Source: Hyphomicrobium sp. (GTDB lineage Bacteria > Pseudomonadota > Alphaproteobacteria > Rhizobiales > Hyphomicrobiaceae). Taken from it: a stretch of DNA of 64,000 bases. The stretch's first letter is position 1. Each line of letters starts with the position of its first letter. The notes below the pieces were generated by a model. The model ran no database searches and was not told the DNA's origin. It worked only from the letters and a program-made list of their open reading frames with translations. Shown in pieces: positions 47,527-54,104 of the stretch. The DNA lies in contig PERL01000017.1 in assembly GCA_002928735.1 (NCBI GenBank), positions 1,882-65,881 of the forward strand. Direction: 5' to 3'. The position numbers and the translations under genes were made by a program.

Positions 47527-48150
47527 TCACCCCCGGAGCGGTGTAAATTCGCCGCGAATGACGCCTTTGATGTAGGCCTCGCCCTTCTCGATATCGAGCG
47601 GAATTTCGTTGCGCTCGCTCGAGTTCGTGATCAACAGCGACGGCGGCACGAACTGGCGCACCACGGTTGTGGCGCCACCGAACACGTCGTCCGTGTAGAT
47701 TTGCGCAATCACGCGGTCGAGCGGTTGGACATTTTCGACGGCCTCCGCCGAGATGTCGACGAACACGATGGCGCCGACGCGGATGCCGGCCAGATCAAGC
47801 GCGTTCGATTTGATGCGCCAGCGGGTGACGTTGTCATCACGCCGCCCAATGGTTGGGATGAAATCTCCCGGCTGCGCGACGTAGGGTTCGGCGTCTTCGC
47901 TCAACCCCCGCGCCGTTGGCTTCTGCGGGGCGATCGAGTTTCCTTCAATTCCCAAGACTGCGCTCACATGTTCCCCCAATGCGGTTGCGATTCGCTCGGC
48001 CATGGGGAGGTTGAGCCCGCGTTTGCGGTTCTCGATGCGCGACAGATACGGGTGGGAAATACCGGCTTTTTCCGCCAGCTCCTCCACGGTCAACCCGTGG
48101 GATTTCCTCAGTTCTTTGACCCGATTCTCGCGCATCCTCCGATTAGGCAC
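47527..48150 (-). CDS. CI-like phage repressor (XRE-type HTH plus LexA/S24-like C-terminal domain)
   Basis: ..LRKSHGLTVEELAEKAGISHPYLSRIENRKRGLNLPMAERIATAL.. HTH. The C-terminal beta-rich domain ends ..AYIKGVIRGEF. It is divergent from a Cro-like gene. The start is GTG 48150 or ATG 48135. Confidence 0.85.
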   Translation of the reverse strand: MPNRRMRENRVKELRKSHGLTVEELAEKAGISHPYLSRIENRKRGLNLPMAERIATALGEHVSAVLGIEGNSIAPQKPTARGLSEDAEPYVAQPGDFIPTIGRRDDNVTRWRIKSNALDLAGIRVGAIVFVDISAEAVENVQPLDRVIAQIYTDDVFGGATTVVRQFVPPSLLITNSSERNEIPLDIEKGEAYIKGVIRGEFTPLRG

Positions 48151-48252
48151 GGGCGGCTATCCTATCGAAAGCGCCAGAGTGGCACAATCAGGCGGTTGAC
48201 AATTTGTGCCGAACGGGCACAGATTGGTGCGACTCAGAAGGGGTCTGGCACA
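48146..48252. promoter_or_regulatory. Immunity-switch intergenic region: GGCACA operator half-sites and a TTGACA -35 box
   Basis: Palindrome TGTGCC-gaacg-GGCACA at 48205-48221, with extra GGCACA at 48181 and 48247 and GGCACG at 48146. TTGACA lies at 48196-48201. Confidence 0.5.
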
Positions 48253-48563
48253 TGAAGCTCGGCGACTGGCTTAAGCGCGAAAACATCACGTTGGAAGATT
48301 TCGGCCGGCGCATTCACCGGTCGCACTCCGCCGTGTCGCGGTACGTCAGCGGCGAGCGCGTGCCGGGCAAGGTGACCATGGATCTGATCCGGACTGAGAC
48401 GGGCGGCGACGTGACGCCAAACGACTTTTACGGCGACGGTGAAACGGTTGTGACGCCGATCGATGACGACAACGGCGGGGGCGGCGGGGAGCCGTCGAAC
48501 CCTGACGCCGATGACGCGCTGGGTGCGGCTGGTCTGACACACACACCGGAGGTCGCGGCATGA
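48252..48563 (+). CDS. Cro/YdaS-like HTH regulator
   Basis: MKLGDWLKRENITLEDFGRRIHRSHSAVSRYVSGERVPGKVTMDLI.., divergent from the repressor. The start is at ATG 48252. Confidence 0.75.
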   Translation: MKLGDWLKRENITLEDFGRRIHRSHSAVSRYVSGERVPGKVTMDLIRTETGGDVTPNDFYGDGETVVTPIDDDNGGGGGEPSNPDADDALGAAGLTHTPEVAA

Positions 48564-48623
48564 GCGGGTTGTCATTCGGGGATCGGGCTTTGTTGTCGTT
48601 CGCCGCCGGTCTCGGCCAGACGG

Positions 48624-48854
48624 CTACGGGGAGCGTCGATGCTTTCCTCGCAGATCTCCGATCTGTTGCTGCAAAATTTCCGCTGCGAGAGGGCTTTCCT
48701 CCGCCGTCAGGTCGTAAATCGCTGCGATCCGCTCGCTTAACACTTCGTCCGAAAGCAGGCCGTTCTGCATCAGGACATCAAGGATCATCGCCAGCATCCC
48801 ACCCTGGGCGGAGATGACGGCTTGTAGCGTTGCGTTGTCGACGGGTTCACTCAT
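48624..48854 (-). CDS. Small hypothetical protein
   Basis: 76 aa from ATG 48854 (MSEPVDNATLQAVISAQGGMLAMILDVLMQNGLLSDEVLSERIAAIYDL..). Its composition is better than that of the overlapping plus-strand ORF 48560-48817. Confidence 0.45.
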   Translation of the reverse strand: MSEPVDNATLQAVISAQGGMLAMILDVLMQNGLLSDEVLSERIAAIYDLTAEESPLAAEILQQQIGDLRGKHRRSP

Positions 48855-49388
48855 CGGCGGTCTCCTGTTGAGGCCCCGACAGTAGCGCAAATTGCATGGC
48901 GTCAGTGAGTATCGCGGCGGGTGCCGCGAGGGGGCAATCGAGTGTCGGCTTAAACCTCACGCTCCGGCGTGTGTGTTCAACCGGTGAGGCCCGTTGCGGG
49001 GCTGACCATCCGGGGACGCTGACCAACGCAATGACGGTGTTGATCAACCGTCCGAGGAATTGCCCCCTCTTGCCACCAGCCGGTGAGTTTCGGGGCCGTA
49101 GCGTGAGTGTGACGAAACGAGAGGGGGTCTGTCCGCGTCACCCCTCGGAGTCGGTAGCTGGCGGGCGTCGTTGGGCAATGCCGTCCGCCGTGTTCGTCAT
49201 CCTCACCCTGCGGCAGCGCAGGTCTTAGCGTCCTTCCAGTCAGTAGCGTTTGCGTGTCTTGCCATTGAGGGATCTCCACGGGGACCCGGCGGCGGGGTGG
49301 CGGATTTAAACGCTGGCCCGCCCGCCGGGAAACCGAGACCCGCAAGGGCAAATGCCGAGAGTCCAAGCCATCCGACAGGGATCAACCG

Positions 49389-50075
49389 TTGACCGACCCG
49401 CTGACCATCGCCGGATTGACCGCTCTGGGAACGCTTCTCGCGACCGAGGCGACCCGGTTTTTGTGGTCGCGCCGGACCGCGCGCTCATCGCCCGGAGTCC
49501 TGGCGCTGCAAACGCGAGTCCCGACCGCGGCGCACGGCACGCCGGTGGACGAGTCCGCGGATGCGGGGCGGTTCGCCGCGTCCGAAATGGCCATTGAAGC
49601 GCCCAAGCCCGACCCATCGCAGGACCTCTCTCCCGCCCGCCGGCTGCGCGCCACGATCTACATCAACGCGCCCGAACAGGTGCGCGAATTCCTTGATCAC
49701 ATGACGGCGGAAGGTTACGCCCGCCCGCCGCAGCCGCGCGATCCGCGCCAGGGCACCTACAGCCACGAAATCTGGTGGTCCGAATATCTGAATTGGGCCG
49801 CGACGCGCAGCATTGCCCCGCTCGCCGCCGACACGTTCAAGGCCAACATCAAGAAGCATCCCCGCATCCGCGCCGCACGCGGCGAACGGTTGAAGGATCG
49901 CCACGGCCGCGTCGTCCGCACGCCCGGCGGTTCGCCCGTGCGGCCGACGACCTACACGCTGTTCGAGATCGCCCCCGTCGAGGCGGTGACCACCGACCCG
50001 GTGACCGGGCGGCGTAAGACGATCCTCGTGCAACCGCATGAGGTGCAGGGCGTGAAGCGGAGAAAAGTCGCTTGA
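49389..50075 (+). CDS. Phage hypothetical protein
   Basis: 228-aa ORF (TTG start in the track). The C-terminal two-thirds look protein-like (..IYINAPEQVREFLDHMTAEGYARPP..). An internal ATG at 49587 is an alternative start. Confidence 0.5.
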   Translation: MTDPLTIAGLTALGTLLATEATRFLWSRRTARSSPGVLALQTRVPTAAHGTPVDESADAGRFAASEMAIEAPKPDPSQDLSPARRLRATIYINAPEQVREFLDHMTAEGYARPPQPRDPRQGTYSHEIWWSEYLNWAATRSIAPLAADTFKANIKKHPRIRAARGERLKDRHGRVVRTPGGSPVRPTTYTLFEIAPVEAVTTDPVTGRRKTILVQPHEVQGVKRRKVA

Positions 50076-50133
50076 GTTGGTGAGTGGGGACTGAGATCGC
50101 AACCGGCGCGGGCGCGCCGCAAGGGGGACGAGG

Positions 50134-50421
50134 ATGACGATTGATTTGAAGGGCTGGTGGGCCGTGTCTGACAACGGTGACGACACCGTCGTAAAGGAAT
50201 GCGTCGGGTCGATGCCGTGGGGCGATAAGGGGATCGCCGTCCTGGTTCGCGACCCGAAGACGCAGGAGTGCGATCTTACGCCGTACGTGACGGGCTACGG
50301 CTGGTTCGCCCCCGAGCACAAAGCAGCGGCCGACGCGCATGCCGCCAAGCTCATCGCCGACTACAACGCGGTGGAGCCGGACGACGATGACGGCGACGGG
50401 GAAACCGAGGAGGTCGCGTGA
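50134..50421 (+). CDS. Phage hypothetical protein
   Basis: 95-aa ORF with an acidic tail, coupled to the next gene. Confidence 0.6.
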   Translation: MTIDLKGWWAVSDNGDDTVVKECVGSMPWGDKGIAVLVRDPKTQECDLTPYVTGYGWFAPEHKAAADAHAAKLIADYNAVEPDDDDGDGETEEVA

Positions 50422-51086
50422 TGGAAACCGGGGCCCAATCGATTGCCGGGCGGCTCGTCCGGGAAAACGTTAACGATGTCTTGCCGGGTGATACTGTTTC
50501 GTTTTCCGGCAAGCCGCGCGGCTATCCTGCTCTCGGCGAGGCGGCATCTTTTCCGGAAACCGTATCTCCGGAAACCGACGGGCCTGACTACGTTCGGTTG
50601 CCGCGCGATGTGGCCCGGCTTCTCTTGCTGGCAAGCGACGTGCTGTCCGAGCACTGGAAAACGATGGTCTCCGCCACGCCGCAACTGACCATCGTCGACC
50701 TGCAGGTCGACACCATCGACGTGCTGACAGAGGCGGGTCTCGTCGATCCGGAAACGGGCGGCGTGACCGAGGCGTTCGAGGCCGCGCTCGCGATCGCCGG
50801 AAGCGCGCTTGGTATGCCTCACGCCGCCAAGGGCGGCTCCGGCGGGGCGGCGCTCGCGCCGGTCGCCGTCATGCCGAAGGCGTGCATCCTGCACGACGGC
50901 TCGCGGGCTTCGCCCGATGACGGTGAGGGCATCGACCAGCTCGCCGGCGCCAACGACGATTTCGAGGACGACGTGAAGGCGGCCGAGCGGTTGTTCGACG
51001 CGTCGCCCGATCCGGACTGGGCCGGTGAACCGCAGCCGTCGATTCTCGACGCGCTCCCGCGCGCCGGCTCGTTCGCGGCTGACTGA
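50418..51086 (+). CDS. Phage hypothetical protein containing repeat module R2
   Basis: 222-aa ORF. The GTGATG overlaps the upstream stop. Confidence 0.55.
   Translation: MMETGAQSIAGRLVRENVNDVLPGDTVSFSGKPRGYPALGEAASFPETVSPETDGPDYVRLPRDVARLLLLASDVLSEHWKTMVSATPQLTIVDLQVDTIDVLTEAGLVDPETGGVTEAFEAALAIAGSALGMPHAAKGGSGGAALAPVAVMPKACILHDGSRASPDDGEGIDQLAGANDDFEDDVKAAERLFDASPDPDWAGEPQPSILDALPRAGSFAAD
50819..50916 (+). repeat. Intragenic structured repeat R2 (long form)
   Basis: tcacgccgccaagggcggctccggcggggcggcgctcgcgccggtcgccgtc..CGTGCA-tcc-TGCACG..ggctcg-CGGGC-ttc-GCCCG. Confidence 0.75.
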
Positions 51087-51231
51087 AACGGACAAGGCCC
51101 CGGAGCGCGAACTCCGAGGCCTTGATTGAATGAGGATCGCGGGCGGCGATCGACGGGGATGAAGCTCTCATGCTTCGCCGCGTTCGTCAACGGCTTGCCC
51201 GCGCGATAGACAAAAAAGACGGGCGACGGAC

Positions 51232-52248
51232 GTGAAATTTGAACCGCTGACATGGGCCGATTTGCAGGACACGGGCAACGCGCAAAGCCAGCTCGTTCTC
51301 GTCGCGATCGCGCGGCACGCCGACTGGGATAACGGCACCTGCTACCCGAGCCAGCGCGCGCTATCGGAGATGGCCAAGTGCAGCGCGCGCACGATCCGCC
51401 GCCACATCAAGCAGCTGGTTGCTGACGGGTTTATCACGATCTCCGAACGGTTCGCTGAGGGTGGCGAGCGTACGTCGAACCTGTTCACGCTTGTCGGCTA
51501 TGTCGATTGGGTGCGTGGCCTGCGTCAAGGCGGCGGCGTTGCCAAGCCGAAGCGCGCGAAGCGCTACCGCGACGACGATCTCTCCGATGATGAACCGCCT
51601 GCCGGATCGGAACCCGATGGAGGCGACGAAACTCCCCCCCCTGGACAAGTTGGCCAGGGGGGGGAGGGTGTGGACAATCTGTCCATACCCCGTGGACAAC
51701 AGGTGTCCATACCCCCTGGACAACAGGTGTCCAGGCCTAATGAACCTTCACTTGAACTCTCACTTGAACCTTCCCCCCTAACCCCCCGTGCCGGGGGGAA
51801 GCAGGCGAAGATTGATCGCAAGGCGAAGTGGATCGCCGATCTTCGAGGGGCTGGCCGCAACCGCAACGGGGTCGAAAACTTCGTCGTGCCGTTGCTGGCC
51901 TCCGACAAGCGGTTGTCGCTCGGCGATGATCAGGGGGCCACGCTCGCCGAGTGGGCCGGGCTCGCGCAGGATTTGCCGACGCCTGCGCTGACCGCCGCCG
52001 TGAAGCGGCTTACCGATCAGCCGAAAAAGGTCACCAGCGCCGACGTGCGCCAGCAGCTCAACGTGGCGCGCACCGCCGGGGCAATGATCGTCATCCGCCG
52101 TGGCTCGCCGCAGTGGTCGGCGTGGATGGATCACTGGCGGTCGCATGATCCGGTCCGCGCCAAACTCGCCTCGAAATACGACGCCTGGCAAGCCCCCGCC
52201 GACTTTCCGCCGGGACACGCCGCAACCCACGCCGGAGGTGCCGCATGA
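51232..52248 (+). CDS. Winged-helix replication-initiator-like protein (phage O / plasmid Rep type HTH)
   Basis: ..SQLVLVAIARHADWDNGTCYPSQRALSEMAKCSARTIRRHIKQLVADGFITI.. wHTH. An iteron cluster is embedded mid-gene. Confidence 0.75.
   Translation: MKFEPLTWADLQDTGNAQSQLVLVAIARHADWDNGTCYPSQRALSEMAKCSARTIRRHIKQLVADGFITISERFAEGGERTSNLFTLVGYVDWVRGLRQGGGVAKPKRAKRYRDDDLSDDEPPAGSEPDGGDETPPPGQVGQGGEGVDNLSIPRGQQVSIPPGQQVSRPNEPSLELSLEPSPLTPRAGGKQAKIDRKAKWIADLRGAGRNRNGVENFVVPLLASDKRLSLGDDQGATLAEWAGLAQDLPTPALTAAVKRLTDQPKKVTSADVRQQLNVARTAGAMIVIRRGSPQWSAWMDHWRSHDPVRAKLASKYDAWQAPADFPPGHAATHAGGAA
51634..51769. repeat. Origin-like iteron cluster inside the initiator gene
   Basis: C8-TGGACAagtTGGCCA-G8 (51634-51664). 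TGGACAatcTGTCCA (51671-51685). TGGACAacaggTGTCCA twice (51693-51709, 51717-51733). Then an AT-richer stretch with tcacttgaac twice (51748-57, 51760-69). Confidence 0.6.
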
Positions 52249-52631
52249 CCGCCGCCGCCACTAAGCCGCTTCACGAGCCGGAGGAGCGCGACGATCCGCG
52301 CAACGCGCTGCTCGATGCCGCCGAGGAGCTGATCCGCTCGTGCGTCGCGCATGGGCTCGGCCCGCAGATCGAGGCGCGGCTGGCGAAGCTGTTTCCAAAG
52401 CCTGCCGCGCCGCCGTCGGCGGCGGCTACTGCCGATACGATGCGCGACGCGATCATCCTGGCGGCGCTGCGCGAGGGGCGCGCGCGTTGCAAGGCGCCGT
52501 CTTCGGCCGCGCTCTTCGAGACCGCGATCGCAGCCGTGACCGGCGACGAGGCGACACTCGCCGCGCACTTCGCCGACCCCGCCGCCGCACTCGCGAAACA
52601 CCGCAAGTCAAAAGACGAGGTTCGCGCATGA
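52245..52631 (+). CDS. Phage hypothetical protein
   Basis: 128-aa ORF coupled at both ends. Confidence 0.55.
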   Translation: MTAAATKPLHEPEERDDPRNALLDAAEELIRSCVAHGLGPQIEARLAKLFPKPAAPPSAAATADTMRDAIILAALREGRARCKAPSSAALFETAIAAVTGDEATLAAHFADPAAALAKHRKSKDEVRA

Positions 52632-52987
52632 CCGCTCTCGCGAAACAAGTCGCACCGGCCGAAGGCCGCGAGCCGACGGCGAACGGCGCGAGCGCCGCCC
52701 CGCGCGGAGCTGCGACAAGCAGCGTGAGCGCAAACACCTTCGAGCATGCCGGGGTGGTGTTCCGCTGCTTTGTCGAGGGCGATGCGTTCGTCTGGCGGGA
52801 TCAGAGCGGCCGGATGGCTGTCACGGCCGGCGCGATCCGATTTCCCACCGACGCGCAGCGCGAGAACGGCGTCCGCGCGGAGCGGCTGTGGCGCGCGGTG
52901 TTCGACGGCCGCGAGATCGGCGCGCAGTTTGTCACGATCAAGGCGGCGATGGACGCGGCGGTGTGGGCGAAGCGGAGGGGTGGATGA
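52628..52987 (+). CDS. Phage hypothetical protein containing repeat module R3
   Basis: 119 aa from ATG 52628 (ATGA overlap). The C-terminal part looks protein-like (..AGVVFRCFVEGDAFVWRDQSGRMAV..). Confidence 0.55.
   Translation: MTALAKQVAPAEGREPTANGASAAPRGAATSSVSANTFEHAGVVFRCFVEGDAFVWRDQSGRMAVTAGAIRFPTDAQRENGVRAERLWRAVFDGREIGAQFVTIKAAMDAAVWAKRRGG
52656..52701 (-). repeat. Intragenic structured repeat R3 (short form)
   Basis: The reverse strand reads ggggcggcgctcgcgccgttcgccgtcggctcg-CGGCC-ttc-GGCCG. Confidence 0.7.
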
Positions 52988-53718
52988 GCAGACGAGGCAC
53001 AAAGGAAACGGCGAACGTCATCAAGCCGCGCGGCGGGCTGGCTGTGATGCAGCAGCGGCGCGAGCCGCCGGACAGTCTCGACTTTTTTCCGACGCCGCCG
53101 TGGGCGACGCGGGCGCTGATCGAGCACATCATCAAGCCGCGCAGCGCGTGCCTCATCTCGGTTTGGGAACCGGCTGCCGGCGCTGGGCACATGGCCGATG
53201 TGCTGCGCGAGAGCTTCGCCAAGGTGCACGCCTCCGACGTGTGGGACTACGGGCGCGGCTACCAGATTTGGAGCTTCACCGCTGAGCGCGTCGGCCTTGT
53301 TGACGACATGGCGCGCTGGCCGGGCCCGGTTGCGCCCGACTGGATCATCACGAACCCGCCGTTCAACGAGGCCGAGGCCTTCGCGCGCCGCGGCGTGCGC
53401 GAGGCGCAGCGCGGGGTTGCCCTTCTCGTGCGATCTTCGTGGCTGGAAGGCGTCGGGCGGTACGAGGAGCTGTTCTCGAAGATCCCCCCGGCGGTGGTCG
53501 CGATGTTCGTCGAGCGCGTGCCGATGGTGAAGGGGCGCTGGGACCCGGATGCGTCGACGGCGACGAGTTACGCCTGGGTCGTTTGGGATCGCGTGCATGA
53601 CGGTCCGACGCAGTTCGCGTGGATCCCGCCCGGCTGCCGCGAAAAACTGACGAAGCCGACAGACCGCCGGACCTTCGCACCCGAAACGGTGCCGGGTCTG
53701 GCCGAGACGATGATTTGA
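52984..53718 (+). CDS. SAM-dependent N6-adenine DNA methyltransferase (gamma-type motif order) candidate
   Basis: ..DFFPTPPWATRAL.., ..VWEPAAGAGHM.. (motif I) and ..DWIITNPPFNE.. (motif IV NPPF). The start is at ATG 52984, overlapping the upstream stop. Confidence 0.75.
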   Translation: MSRRGTKETANVIKPRGGLAVMQQRREPPDSLDFFPTPPWATRALIEHIIKPRSACLISVWEPAAGAGHMADVLRESFAKVHASDVWDYGRGYQIWSFTAERVGLVDDMARWPGPVAPDWIITNPPFNEAEAFARRGVREAQRGVALLVRSSWLEGVGRYEELFSKIPPAVVAMFVERVPMVKGRWDPDASTATSYAWVVWDRVHDGPTQFAWIPPGCREKLTKPTDRRTFAPETVPGLAETMI

Positions 53719-53726
53719 GGCGCGGC

Positions 53727-54104
53727 ATGACACCGGAAATGCGCGAAGTGATGGCGGCGCTCAGGGGCAAGCGGTTTCCGCTTGAGGATGAGAAGCGCTG
53801 CCAGGAAGACATCGAGAAGGCGCTCCGCGATTTCTACGTCGGGAGGCTCATCAGCTTCAAGCGGGAGGTCAAGCTGGGACCCGGCGACGTTGTGGACTTC
53901 ATGGTCGGGCTTGGCTGGAAGGGAACGGCCGTCGAAGTCAAACTCAAGGGCCAGCCGGAGGCGATCCGGCGGCAGCTCCGCCGCTATGCCGGCCTGGACC
54001 AGGTTGAAGGCCTGATCCTCGTGACAGCGAAGCCCGTCGGCGTTGTCGGGCTAATGAATGGCAAGCCCGTCGCTGAATTCGATCTCTCGAGGGCGTGGCT
54101 ATGA
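53727..54104 (+). CDS. PD-(D/E)xK nuclease, VRR-NUC-like
   Basis: ..LGPGDVVDFMVGLGWKGTAVEVKLKGQPEAIRRQLRRY.. (D ... E-x-K). It lies directly upstream of, and overlaps, an SNF2 helicase gene, as is common in phages. Confidence 0.6.
   Translation: MTPEMREVMAALRGKRFPLEDEKRCQEDIEKALRDFYVGRLISFKREVKLGPGDVVDFMVGLGWKGTAVEVKLKGQPEAIRRQLRRYAGLDQVEGLILVTAKPVGVVGLMNGKPVAEFDLSRAWL

Noticed and set aside
48560-48817. Forward ORF overlapping the cro stop (ATGA)
   Set aside because: The product becomes Arg/Ser/Gly/Pro-rich after ~35 residues. The convergent reverse-strand ORF 48624-48854 has far more protein-like composition. I kept the latter, with low confidence.
51634-51769. CRISPR-like array
   Set aside because: There are only 3-4 short palindromic units with 5-12-nt spacers inside a coding region, and no cas genes. 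It is better explained as iterons.
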